DNA of 32,526 nucleotides, taken from a virus. Location of the stretch: the IMG/VR virus record IMGVR_UViG_3300021387_000386; one strand, 5' to 3'. Position 1 is the stretch's first letter, and each line of letters starts with the position of its first letter. Both the position numbers and the translations under genes were made by a program. Under the pieces are notes generated by a model, which was given only the letters and a program-made list of their open reading frames with translations, did no database searches and was not told the origin of the DNA. This document shows, in pieces, positions 23,582-31,665 of the stretch.

Positions 23582-24211
23582 TTACAGATACTGGATCAGG
23601 AAAGCGAAACGAACCCCGTAGAAGCCAATGGAAGCCGAATTGTAGTTGGCATGCCCGGCGTCGCTGCAGTTGCAGAAATACGCAGATTCAAACTTAGTCG
23701 GTGTTGAAAGCCACCACCAGCGCGAATAATCTTCGTCTTTATCAAAAGCGATTCTGTGATTGCCTTTTTTGAAGTATTTCAATTGCTCGTCTGCACATTC
23801 TGCAAAATCTTCAAATTCAGAAACCCCGAAAACCTCACCAACAGAAAGAAGACGAACTTCTTTTACAGCTGGTGTTTCAAACGGCGTTTCCATTTCCTTA
23901 AAAATGCCGGCAAGAACTTCTTTAACTTCATTACTCAAATACTGTGCAAGCTCTGTTTTTGCGTATTCTTTGCAATTGTTTGTATCTACTGGGCCGTCGA
24001 AAATAACCCGATCCATAACAAACAGCATTTCTTTTTCTGTCTTCTGAATCAGTGTTGCGCTTTCCTTGTGGCACTCAACCGGCGGATATAAACCTTCTTT
24101 TCCCGGTAAGCAAAAAGAAAGCCTGATTTTGTCACCGACATTAAGTTTAAAGCCGTTTTCTCTCAATTTCTGGAAGTCCTTTTTTGTTGAATAAGTTGTT
24201 TTGATTTTCAT
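23582..24211 (-). CDS. DGR target protein 2 (remote target, variable C-terminus)
   Basis: 209 aa. The C-terminus RWWWLSTPTKFESAYFCNCSDAGHANYNSASIGFYGVRFAFLIQYL parallels target 1. No signal peptide or TM segment seen. ATGA overlap with the upstream DUF4406-like gene. Confidence 0.85.
   Translation of the reverse strand: MKIKTTYSTKKDFQKLRENGFKLNVGDKIRLSFCLPGKEGLYPPVECHKESATLIQKTEKEMLFVMDRVIFDGPVDTNNCKEYAKTELAQYLSNEVKEVLAGIFKEMETPFETPAVKEVRLLSVGEVFGVSEFEDFAECADEQLKYFKKGNHRIAFDKDEDYSRWWWLSTPTKFESAYFCNCSDAGHANYNSASIGFYGVRFAFLIQYL
23601..23686 (-). repeat. DGR variable repeat VR2 (remote)
   Basis: 86-nt alignment to the TR with 11 mismatches, all at TR sense-strand adenines. Encodes SAYFCNCSDAGHANYNSASIGFYGVRFAF. 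Confidence 0.92.
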
Positions 24212-24495
24212 TGTTCTACCTCTCTAAATATTTTTATTTCTAATTGTTGCGCTATGTAATATTCAAGCCGCGCCCCTTTGGATTCTTCCCAGTCTTTCAA
24301 AAGAAAAATTGCGTCACACTCCATAAGCCCCGCAATATCTTTTCTCATGTACCAGGTCCACGACTTGCCCGTGTCTTCCTGTTCAGCTGGATTGAAAACT
24401 TCAAAGCCTGCCGATTCAAGAATATTTTGTGCGGTCTTAAACTTCTGTTTATAGTCCGCGTCGCCTGTAATTTTCCCGCTGATGTACACTTTCAT
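24208..24495 (-). CDS. DUF4406-like protein (nucleoside 2-deoxyribosyltransferase-like fold)
   Basis: 95 aa. MKVYISGKITGDADY...FNPA...CDAIFLLKDWEESKGARLEYYIA matches the DUF4406 pattern recalled from memory. Confidence 0.6.
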   Translation of the reverse strand: MKVYISGKITGDADYKQKFKTAQNILESAGFEVFNPAEQEDTGKSWTWYMRKDIAGLMECDAIFLLKDWEESKGARLEYYIAQQLEIKIFREVEQ

Positions 24496-24506
24496 TTTTC
24501 AGGCTC

Positions 24507-24671
24507 CTATCCGCAAACAAGCGTTACTTCGTTTTGAATATCCGCGCCGGTTACTTTGTCTGTTACTCCGAGAATGTGGAAATATTCGTTTGTTTCCGTA
24601 CATCCTGTAACGTAAATAACAGCGTCGTCGTCCAAGCCTTCAAACTCTTTTAATAGCTGTCCTTTTGTCAT
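24507..24671 (-). CDS. Hypothetical small protein (54 aa, below the ORF-track cutoff)
   Basis: MTKGQLLKEFEGLDDDAVIYVTGCTETNEYFHILGVTDKVTGADIQNEVTLVCG. Its ATG forms an ATGA overlap with the stop of 24668..24886, and it fills an otherwise empty 170-nt gap. Confidence 0.45.
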   Translation of the reverse strand: MTKGQLLKEFEGLDDDAVIYVTGCTETNEYFHILGVTDKVTGADIQNEVTLVCG

Positions 24672-24886
24672 TCTAGCCCCTCGCTGTATTCGTCGCCGCC
24701 GTAATAGTCCGCCGGTTCATCATCCTGCATTTGTGCGGGTGTTTTGTTTTTCGGGCTATTCAGGTTCCCAACTGCCGTTTTGCAGATGGTGCAATAGTCC
24801 ACGTGTAAATCAAGCAAAAACCTTCTTTCCACTCCGTTTCTTTTTTGCATTTTTCGCAATATCTTTTCATGTTTATAAATCCTCAT
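24668..24886 (-). CDS. Hypothetical protein
   Basis: 72-aa ORF in the operon series with an acidic C-terminus. No family recognised. Confidence 0.45.
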   Translation of the reverse strand: MRIYKHEKILRKMQKRNGVERRFLLDLHVDYCTICKTAVGNLNSPKNKTPAQMQDDEPADYYGGDEYSEGLE

Positions 24887-25343
24887 TCTGGCTTTCTATG
24901 ATTGCGTCTAGTTCCGCCCCGGAAACATAGTCCACAAGTCCATCACATTTGCGCTTATAATCAAGCACATGTTTTACGGCGTACCAGATATGCAACGGAA
25001 AATCCGCTTCTATCCGGTAGCCAGGGCGTGTTTTATAACGCCTTAAAAGATACATTACAGCTTCTGCGCGTTTGTCTTCCCACTCTTCGCGTGAAAAGTG
25101 AACGTTCCGCAGTTTGCAACCATGCGCAAGCATACGCCCGGCGGTTGCTTCTGTAAGCTTCCACAAGTTGCCCCATGCTTCCTGGCTTCCATTCATAAGA
25201 AAGTCATACTGATAATTCAGAAGCCTTTCATTGTCATTTTGCGGGGCGTCAAAGTGCGGAAGGTTTACAGCACTTTCAATGGTCTGTCGTGCCGTTTCTT
25301 TTCCGACTTCTTGAATTCGCTTGTTACGTGATAAGCCTTGCAT
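24873..25343 (-). CDS. Hypothetical protein (helical; a possible regulator, unproven)
   Basis: ORF 24873..25454. ATG 25343 (MQGLSRNK) reduces, but does not remove, the out-of-frame overlap with 25265..25471. Start uncertain. Confidence 0.4.
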   Translation of the reverse strand: MQGLSRNKRIQEVGKETARQTIESAVNLPHFDAPQNDNERLLNYQYDFLMNGSQEAWGNLWKLTEATAGRMLAHGCKLRNVHFSREEWEDKRAEAVMYLLRRYKTRPGYRIEADFPLHIWYAVKHVLDYKRKCDGLVDYVSGAELDAIIESQNEDL

Positions 25344-25471
25344 TCTTTGCACCAGTATTTCCGAATTGGTCTTTTGTCTCTGTGGAATGTAGAACGGTGC
25401 CGGTTTTTTTTGGCAAGGTTCAGCACTCTTCCAGCTTCTGCAAGTGAATAGCATTTTTTACCACATCCCAT
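25265..25471 (-). CDS. Small zinc-ribbon protein
   Basis: 68 aa with two Cys pairs (GCGKKC ... CKECKAYH) and basic residues. Starts 2 nt after the DnaC-like stop. Confidence 0.45.
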   Translation of the reverse strand: MGCGKKCYSLAEAGRVLNLAKKNRHRSTFHRDKRPIRKYWCKECKAYHVTSEFKKSEKKRHDRPLKVL

Positions 25472-25472
25472 A

Positions 25473-26222
25473 TCATGCCCGGTGTGACAATCGCCAGTCG
25501 GGAATCTTTGTCATATCTACAACAATTGCGTTTTGCAAAACCCTAGACATGGCCGCCGAACCTAAGATTCTGGAAAACTCTTCAAAGTTGCAGTTTGTAC
25601 ACATCGCAATTGCTTTTCCTTTGCTCTTGCGCTTGTCGATAATTGCAAACAAGCCCGAACTTTCGCCAGCTGTAGAAAGCGGATCACGTCCGATTTCGTC
25701 GATTACGAATAAATCTGAATTGCAGTATTCGTTTATAACGTCGTCGTAAGTTTCCTTGCTGCGAAAGTTTATTGTTTCCATAAGCCTTGAACTGATGGAA
25801 CGTGATAAAACATAACGCCCCGAAAAATATTCTGTGTAGTCTTCGTTCCAGGTCTTTTTTACAGAATGCAGCACCATGTTTAAACAAGCTGTTACAAGGT
25901 GAGTTTTACCCGCGCCGGGATTACCATATAAAACAAGTGCGCAATACTGGCCCGCAGCTACTTTCTTTGCAAAGTCATAAACCGACGAAAGCGCTTTTTT
26001 CTGCTCTGTGGTAGTTGCCTGATAGTTTTGAAAAGTGTTTTCCTTTGCGTCTTCGTTGATTCCGCAACCGAAAAACGCATTGTCACGGTCTTTTTTGATT
26101 TCTGCACGGCGGGCAAGTTCTATTTCCCGGTCGCGCTGTTCCAGCTCTTCGCTTGTGATTCCTTCCAGAAGCGAAAAAGCGGGAAGTTTAGAAAACGATT
26201 TTGTCTTCTTCCAGTTCTGCAT
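25473..26222 (-). CDS. DnaC/IstB-like AAA+ ATPase (helicase loader)
   Basis: 249 aa with Walker A LYGNPGAGKTH and Walker B DLFVIDEIG. Follows the replisome organizer gene. Confidence 0.85.
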   Translation of the reverse strand: MQNWKKTKSFSKLPAFSLLEGITSEELEQRDREIELARRAEIKKDRDNAFFGCGINEDAKENTFQNYQATTTEQKKALSSVYDFAKKVAAGQYCALVLYGNPGAGKTHLVTACLNMVLHSVKKTWNEDYTEYFSGRYVLSRSISSRLMETINFRSKETYDDVINEYCNSDLFVIDEIGRDPLSTAGESSGLFAIIDKRKSKGKAIAMCTNCNFEEFSRILGSAAMSRVLQNAIVVDMTKIPDWRLSHRA

Positions 26223-26961
26223 TATTTACCCCCTGTATTTCTGCAAGATTGGCCTCTACGTCGGTTTCTGTTTCCGGCGCGGTATAGTTTTGAAGTATCT
26301 GTGATGATGTATCACTTGAAATTCTTGTATTTCCGGGGCGTGAATAGTGCTCGTCACACTCGGCCCATTTGCGAACGGCGGCTTTCCAGTCCTTCATCGG
26401 TGAATTGCCGACTTTCCAGCCCTTCGACTTGTAATAATAAAAAAACTTATCGACGTTGGTATTTATGTTTTTTTCAAAACAGAATTCCCGTATTTCTTCA
26501 AGCGTTGGTACTACAAATCTTTTTCTTGTGGGTGCTGGTTCGGGCGCCGGCTCTGCCGGTGTTTCTGCAACAGATACACACTCAATATCATTAACAGAAT
26601 CATTAACAGATACACTGCCCGTACGGTCTCCGTTCGGTTTTTCTTCTTCTGTGGTGTTTTCCGTTCGGTGTCCGTTCGGTGTCCGTTCGGTGTCCGTTCG
26701 GTTGTCGGTAGTTGTTGCAGTTTTTGCACCGGTAGCCGTTCGGTTTCTGTTCTGTTTAAGGTTTGAAACCTTTCTTTCATAAGCCTGCACGTCGTCGTCG
26801 ATTCGGCGTTTAATTTTAAGCCATACAGTCAATTCAAGCCCCGAAAGCTCCGGTTCGATTTCGTTTATTCCATATTCATAGATATAGCGAAGGAATGCGC
26901 CTTTCAGCTCTTCGGGTAAGTCTTCGATGTATTCGGCATGTAAAACGAACGATTCACGCAT
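26188..26961 (-). CDS. Replisome organizer / replication initiator-like protein
   Basis: 257 aa. The N-terminus MRESFVLHAEYIEDLPEELKGAFLRYIYEYGINE is DUF6291-like. The C-terminus PTLEEIREFCFEKNINTNVDKFFYYYKSKGWKVGNSPMKDWKAAVRKW is the conserved C-terminal domain of phage replisome organizers. The central linker carries DNA iterons. Confidence 0.65.
   Translation of the reverse strand: MRESFVLHAEYIEDLPEELKGAFLRYIYEYGINEIEPELSGLELTVWLKIKRRIDDDVQAYERKVSNLKQNRNRTATGAKTATTTDNRTDTERTPNGHRTENTTEEEKPNGDRTGSVSVNDSVNDIECVSVAETPAEPAPEPAPTRKRFVVPTLEEIREFCFEKNINTNVDKFFYYYKSKGWKVGNSPMKDWKAAVRKWAECDEHYSRPGNTRISSDTSSQILQNYTAPETETDVEANLAEIQGVNNAELEEDKIVF
26630..26743. repeat. Iteron cluster (CCGTTCGG), candidate origin of replication
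   Basis: Four tandem 11-bp units tccgttcggtg at 26660-26703, plus single CCGTTCGG copies at 26630 and 26736. An AT-rich tract lies at about 26431-26500. Confidence 0.5.
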
Positions 26962-27595
26962 TTTCTACCGCCTTAGAAAGCAATTTATTGATGTATGCAA
27001 CGCCCTTCTGGAAAACAACAGTTTTTAAACTTATTTTTGTTTCTCCGTTCGGTGTAACATACTTGCTTTCTATTACTCTGAAATATCCGGCGTCGATGAA
27101 CTTCTGATACGGGATGTTGTTTGACTGTAAAACGTTGCTGTTTCGCAAGAATTCAAACAAGCGGTTGCGCCCGATGTTCTTATTAAGAACTTTTGCACAT
27201 TCCCCGATCTCGATTGTGTCTTTTGAAGAACAAAGCTGATAGGCGAAGTTTGCAGCTGGTTCAAGGCGTGAAACTTTGTTTTGTAATTCCTCAATCATTT
27301 CTGCCTGAATCTGCATTGCCTGTTGAATAATCAGCTGGCGTTCAAGATTTGTTTTTGGTGTAAGTGCATTTACTTTGCTGTGGTTTTCGATTTCAAGTTT
27401 AATTGCTGTAACCTGCGCTTCATCAAATAACATTGTGTGACTGCTTCCGCTTCGTTCGACATCCATGTCGAGCGACAAGGCGGCACGCTGTACGGTCTTT
27501 ACATCTACACCCAGGATGTCGGCCACTTCCTTAGTAGACATTTTATTAACTGCGCTCTGTACCGGGCTAAGTTCTGTATTTTGCAATTCATTCAT
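26954..27595 (-). CDS. Antirepressor-like protein with KilAC domain
   Basis: 213 aa with an N-terminal HTH (MSTKEVADILGVDVKTVQRAA). The C-terminus ...IGRNRLFEFLRNSNVLQSNNIPYQKFIDAGYFRV... is a KilAC-type pattern. Confidence 0.7.
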   Translation of the reverse strand: MNELQNTELSPVQSAVNKMSTKEVADILGVDVKTVQRAALSLDMDVERSGSSHTMLFDEAQVTAIKLEIENHSKVNALTPKTNLERQLIIQQAMQIQAEMIEELQNKVSRLEPAANFAYQLCSSKDTIEIGECAKVLNKNIGRNRLFEFLRNSNVLQSNNIPYQKFIDAGYFRVIESKYVTPNGETKISLKTVVFQKGVAYINKLLSKAVENA

Positions 27596-27599
27596 AGTT

Positions 27600-27938
27600 T
27601 TACACCTCTTCGATGTTAATTCTGTATAAATGCCACATAAGCCGTTTTTTAAGTCTGTAAACCGCTGTTTTTACGCCTTTTACATCCTCGACGTGCTTTT
27701 GTGGCACTCCGTTCTTTTCTGTCAGGTAGACAAAATCAGCAAGATAGACAATTGATCTAAGCTTCTTTTTGTCCGCGCCGACTTCCGCCGGGATAAGCTC
27801 GAAAGGAACCTGCCTTTGCAGCTGTGAAATTTCGCCCTTCTTTTCAAGAAGCTTTAATTCACAATAGCGCTGCGCTTCCTTCTGGCTATCAAACACAATG
27901 TTTTCAATTCGCACTTTGCGACTGTGGTATTTGCTCAT
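27600..27938 (-). CDS. DUF1064 family protein (PD-(D/E)xK-like nuclease fold)
   Basis: MSKYHSRKVRIENIVFDSQKEAQRYCELKLLEKKGEISQLQRQVPFEL...YLADFVY...EDVKG matches the DUF1064 pattern. ATG 27938 preferred. Confidence 0.7.
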   Translation of the reverse strand: MSKYHSRKVRIENIVFDSQKEAQRYCELKLLEKKGEISQLQRQVPFELIPAEVGADKKKLRSIVYLADFVYLTEKNGVPQKHVEDVKGVKTAVYRLKKRLMWHLYRINIEEV

Positions 27939-28830
27939 ATTGCGCAAGTCTCCTTGAAAGCTCTGCTTTTATTACTGCTATAAGCTCCGGCGCGGTGTAT
28001 TGTTCTATACGTGTAGCCCCGTAAGCTTTCTTTTCATCCAGTGTGAAAAGCGGTGCACCGTCCGGGCCTTTTGCAGATAATAAGTTTTTAATTTCTGCTA
28101 TCTCTTCGGGTGTGCTCGCTCCGCCTTTCAGGTCCAGCGGCGGCGGCGTAAGCTGTGAAGCTTTCTGCATTCCCAGTTGTTCAGGTGTTGCCCCCTCTGG
28201 TGTCTGCATTGGAAGTGCCGCTTGTTCCGGTGCCTGTGGCGCTTCTAACTGCTTTTCAGGTTGAACCGCGCCAAGCATTACACCTTCCGGCAATTCTTCT
28301 TTTGTATACGGCATACCCGCCAGCTCGTCAGGAAAGCACAAGCGGAAGCCCTGCGAAATACACGCTTTTTCACACATGAAAGCGGGCATTTTTCGCCACA
28401 ACTTCGACAAGTTCCCGTCTGGTCCCCATTGTGCAACCTCATTGAAGCGCACTGAATGCCGAAAGGGTTTTTCCCAGTCTTTGCGGTAAATGGTTACTGT
28501 TGAAACCATCTGCCCGCCGACATTCTGCGATGATATTTCCCAGCCGTTGAGCTTTCCCGAACGTTCAGCACGTTTGATGTATACCATGTAACCTGTAACG
28601 CACTTAAAAACCGGGCCTTCCTTTGTGTTGTACGAAATAGCGTGTATTTCGTTTAAGAAAGGGTTTAATTTCATGGCGGCAGCAATTTCAATAAACTGTG
28701 TCTGGAACTGCTCCGGGATGTTTAAGCCCATAGATTTTAAGTAGGAAAGGGCAAGTTCTTTAGGATTCTGCACAACTTCCGGGGCGGTTGTTGTTTCCTC
28801 TTCTGTTGATATGATTTCTAAACCTTCCAT
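27904..28830 (-). CDS. recT: RecT-family single-strand annealing recombinase
   Basis: 308 aa. LNPFLNEIHAISYN...VTGYMVYIKRAERSGKLNGWE is typical of RecT. Near the SSB gene. Confidence 0.75.
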   Translation of the reverse strand: MEGLEIISTEEETTTAPEVVQNPKELALSYLKSMGLNIPEQFQTQFIEIAAAMKLNPFLNEIHAISYNTKEGPVFKCVTGYMVYIKRAERSGKLNGWEISSQNVGGQMVSTVTIYRKDWEKPFRHSVRFNEVAQWGPDGNLSKLWRKMPAFMCEKACISQGFRLCFPDELAGMPYTKEELPEGVMLGAVQPEKQLEAPQAPEQAALPMQTPEGATPEQLGMQKASQLTPPPLDLKGGASTPEEIAEIKNLLSAKGPDGAPLFTLDEKKAYGATRIEQYTAPELIAVIKAELSRRLAQYEQIPQSQSAN

Positions 28831-30125
28831 TATGCCACCTCTGCAAGTTTTACATGTTTTTTCACATGCTTTAATAAATCCGGCTTGTCTCTAAGCCATG
28901 TTGTAAATACGTGCTGTACTTCTTCTGATGGCTTTGAACCTTCCGGCGTTCCTGAATGTTCGTCGGCGTAGAACTGGCCGATCCTGTTCTTTGCGAAAAG
29001 CTCTGCGGTTGCAACCGGGATTCCGTCTTTCTGAATAAAAACAAGAATTTCTTCCTGGTTCGCCATTTTTTTGTAATAGGAACATCGAACAATACATTGA
29101 TGTAAAGCTTTTGCCTGTTTTTCCCATTCCTGCATGTTGTCGGTAAAAATGATTTCATAGCCACCGTAAACACCGCCGAAACTCTGCAAAACTTCGCAAG
29201 TTTTTTTCAGGTTTTCAAACATGTTCTTTTCAAGTGCTGCAAGTCGCTTTTTCTCTGCAAGCTTGCGTGCTTCTGCAATGGCGTTGCATTCTCTTAAAAC
29301 TTTCGCGTGTGCCTTTTCCAGATCAGAAGGGAAAGCCCAGTATTCCTGGCGGATGTTATGCCCCGCAATCTTCGCCATTTTTCTATAATCGCAGTAAAGC
29401 GACCACATAGAATGGTCGGCATATCCCTTGCGCTTGAAATAGCGGTAAACCGGAACACCCATTGCGGCGGTGTAACAGCTACTTTTGAAAGCTTCGTAGT
29501 CGTTGAATTCATCCATTGTCATTTTGTATTTGATGATGTTCTGGACCTGTCGCAAGGTGTAGCCGGCGGCGTTTTCTTTGTTCTGTAAAATCCATTTTGA
29601 AATTTCACGGCGCTTCTTTTCTGAAAGTTTCCAGAAGCTTTTTGAAAAAGCGATATTGTCGCAATGCAGCGCAAACAAATATTCTGCTTCCGGGTGTTCT
29701 TTCCACACCTGCAAAGCTTCAAAAATAACCGGCAGTGTTCCTGTCATGTAGTAAAGTTCCCCGCGCCACTTTTTGAGCGTGTACACAAAGTCAGGATATT
29801 TTTTCAAGATAAGGTTAATATCTCCGATGTGGTTTAAGTTTCCTCGCTCATATCCGACATGGTTTATAGTACATTCGCCCCAGTCTTCTTCTATGTAGTG
29901 ATTGTCTGCGCGTTCGCCGTAATAAGAACGGGCGTAAGCTCCGGGATAGGTGATTGAATAACCGCCATAACATGACAAGTAAAGGTTTCGGCACTCTTTT
30001 TTTCCGCTTTCGTAAACTCTGAAAAAATCAAAATACTGGTCCAACCGTTTATTATATGCAGTAACCACAAGGCGCAGTTCCCCGAAATAGTTTTCTATTC
30101 TGTGGTAATAGCTGTCTATTCGCAT
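28830..30125 (-). CDS. PcfJ-like protein (tentative)
   Basis: 431 aa directly after a PcfK-like gene, a common pairing. The C-terminal segment ...QCIVRCSYYKKMANQEEILVFIQKDGIPVATAELFAKNRIGQFYADEH resembles PcfJ-family C-termini from memory. Confidence 0.4.
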   Translation of the reverse strand: MRIDSYYHRIENYFGELRLVVTAYNKRLDQYFDFFRVYESGKKECRNLYLSCYGGYSITYPGAYARSYYGERADNHYIEEDWGECTINHVGYERGNLNHIGDINLILKKYPDFVYTLKKWRGELYYMTGTLPVIFEALQVWKEHPEAEYLFALHCDNIAFSKSFWKLSEKKRREISKWILQNKENAAGYTLRQVQNIIKYKMTMDEFNDYEAFKSSCYTAAMGVPVYRYFKRKGYADHSMWSLYCDYRKMAKIAGHNIRQEYWAFPSDLEKAHAKVLRECNAIAEARKLAEKKRLAALEKNMFENLKKTCEVLQSFGGVYGGYEIIFTDNMQEWEKQAKALHQCIVRCSYYKKMANQEEILVFIQKDGIPVATAELFAKNRIGQFYADEHSGTPEGSKPSEEVQHVFTTWLRDKPDLLKHVKKHVKLAEVA

Positions 30126-30535
30126 TTGTCCGCCCCCTGTTCTTCTGGTGGTAAATCGTCGAACAAGCTTCCCTGGAACAGCTCCCAGCCGTTGGCTTCT
30201 GCCTTTGTCTGTTTTTTCGGCTTCTTCTGCTTTATAACGGTTGCGTCGCGGGCTTCTACTTCGATTTCGTCTTTTATGCGCTTGTCTGCGCCCTTGTCAA
30301 TTTCAGGCTTTGCGTTTTCGTCTTCCATGTCTCCATAGAAAAAGTCACGCGCCCATTTGAAAACAACCGAGCTTTCAACCATTGCCATATTGTTTGAAGC
30401 AAGTTTTCGGGCGCGGTTATTGATGTATTTTCCGCATTCATCAAGCTTCTTTTCGTCGTAAACTTCTTTTAATGCGGGGTCTGTTTCTATAGCAATATCG
30501 AAATACTGCTTTAATGTTTGTGCAAGTGATGTCAT
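30116..30535 (-). CDS. PcfK-like protein (family that includes anti-CRISPR AcrIIA9)
   Basis: 139 aa. LKQYFDIAIETDPALKEVYDEKKLDECGKYINNRARKLASNNMAMVESSVVFKWARDFFYGD matches the PcfK/AcrIIA9 N-terminal pattern as recalled. The C-terminal tail is acidic/basic. Confidence 0.5.
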   Translation of the reverse strand: MTSLAQTLKQYFDIAIETDPALKEVYDEKKLDECGKYINNRARKLASNNMAMVESSVVFKWARDFFYGDMEDENAKPEIDKGADKRIKDEIEVEARDATVIKQKKPKKQTKAEANGWELFQGSLFDDLPPEEQGADKCE

Positions 30536-30546
30536 TTTGATTTCTC

Positions 30547-31035
30547 CTAAAATGGAATGTCTTCCGGGAAGTCGTCATTATTGAATAACGACGGGTCGGG
30601 CGCTGGTGTTGCCGGCGCGGTCTGTGGTGGTGTAACCTGATTTTGTGGCATGGCACTAAACTGCGGCTGTGTCCCCCCGTTTGAGCTGTTCGGATTTTCC
30701 GAACTGTTCCCGCCCAACAGCTGCACTTCTTCGACTTCAATTTTGATTCTGGAAAACTTCTGCCCGTCTTTTTCCCAGCGGTCCTGTTTAAGGTGTCCGG
30801 CAATTAAAATCATTTTGCCTTTTGTAAGATAAGGCTTAAGATTTTCCGCCATTCTGCCGTAAATATTACCGTCAAAATATGAAACTTCTGTTTCCCAGTT
30901 GTCTTGTTTTTTGACACTGCGATTGCTTGCAAGTGAGACGGCAGCAATTGCAGTTCCTGTTGTTGTGTATTTTAAGTCAGCGTCGCGGGTCAGGCGTCCT
31001 ATAAGCGTGACTTTGTTATAATCGTTACTAGGCAT
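30547..31035 (-). CDS. ssb: Single-stranded DNA-binding protein
   Basis: 162 aa with an OB-fold N-terminus (NKVTLIGRLTRDADLKYTTTGTAIA...WETEVSYFDGNIYGRMAE), a Pro/Gln-rich linker and the canonical acidic tip DDFPEDIPF. Confidence 0.92.
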   Translation of the reverse strand: MPSNDYNKVTLIGRLTRDADLKYTTTGTAIAAVSLASNRSVKKQDNWETEVSYFDGNIYGRMAENLKPYLTKGKMILIAGHLKQDRWEKDGQKFSRIKIEVEEVQLLGGNSSENPNSSNGGTQPQFSAMPQNQVTPPQTAPATPAPDPSLFNNDDFPEDIPF

Positions 31036-31198
31036 TAAGTAATTCCCCCTTAACGTTGTGTGTGTTCATGTATTCAGCTTTCTTGTTCTTCCAGTAAAGA
31101 ACGTCACCTGCATGAAGTCTTCTTTCTTCTTCCGTTTTGGCATAGATTGCCGCAAGGGTTGAAGCGTCGATGTTGTCCTGGATCATTTCATAATTCAT
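31028..31198 (-). CDS. Hypothetical small protein (56 aa, below the ORF-track cutoff)
   Basis: MNYEMIQDNIDASTLAAIYAKTEEERRLHAGDVLYWKNKKAEYMNTHNVKGELLNA. Its stop overlaps the ssb start (ATGCCTAG), and it fills the 31036-31187 gap. Confidence 0.4.
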   Translation of the reverse strand: MNYEMIQDNIDASTLAAIYAKTEEERRLHAGDVLYWKNKKAEYMNTHNVKGELLNA

Positions 31199-31418
31199 TT
31201 TGTCTTCTCCTGTTTTTCTTTGGTTTATAAAGCCATTTCTTTTGTAAGTTAGGCTTTCTGCAATTCATTTGAATAATAAGCACTTCAAAGCCGCTTTCGG
31301 TCCAGATGTCGTAAAGCTCGCAAGCTATGTCGTAAGACACGTTTACAACCTGAACAACAAACTTTCCCGCCAGCGTGCCTGTTTTGTACTTAACCGACAC
31401 ACGATACTTTTTGCACAT
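31188..31418 (-). CDS. Hypothetical protein
   Basis: ORF 31188..31466. ATG 31418 (MCKKYRVSVKY) gives the smaller overlap with the upstream gene. Start uncertain. Confidence 0.4.
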   Translation of the reverse strand: MCKKYRVSVKYKTGTLAGKFVVQVVNVSYDIACELYDIWTESGFEVLIIQMNCRKPNLQKKWLYKPKKNRRRQNEL

Positions 31419-31665
31419 TGTCGCCCCGCAATCTAACAAGCTTCTGAACAAAGCCTTCACGCGCATTCATCAAAAAGATGTATTCTTTTTCAACTTCTCC
31501 GCCGCCGTCATAAACCTCTTGTTTAATCTTGTTAAACTCTTCATAGGTCATTTCGTGATTCGGAATATCTTTTGAAAGATTCCATTTCGGGAAACGGTCT
31601 AAAAGCTTGTTAATCCGGCGGATGTGCCACAAGTAGTGTTTTTCTAAGCGATTTACTTTTTTCAT
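31390..31665 (-). CDS. Hypothetical protein
   Basis: 91-aa ORF with a 4-nt overlap with the upstream gene. No family recognised. Confidence 0.45.
   Translation of the reverse strand: MKKVNRLEKHYLWHIRRINKLLDRFPKWNLSKDIPNHEMTYEEFNKIKQEVYDGGGEVEKEYIFLMNAREGFVQKLVRLRGDNVQKVSCVG

Noticed and set aside
24873-25454. The 193-aa ORF could be a phage sigma-like or ArpU-type late regulator that reads the conserved late motif.
   Set aside because: There is only a vague resemblance to sigma region 2 helices and no recognisable region 4 HTH. The start is uncertain and the ORF overlaps the zinc-ribbon ORF out of frame. It is left as hypothetical and mentioned only as a candidate to test.
26660-26703. The tandem 11-bp repeats could be a mini CRISPR array or a peptide repeat.
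   Set aside because: The units are contiguous with no spacers. The 11-nt period is out of frame with the codons, so the peptide does not repeat. This is better explained as origin iterons.
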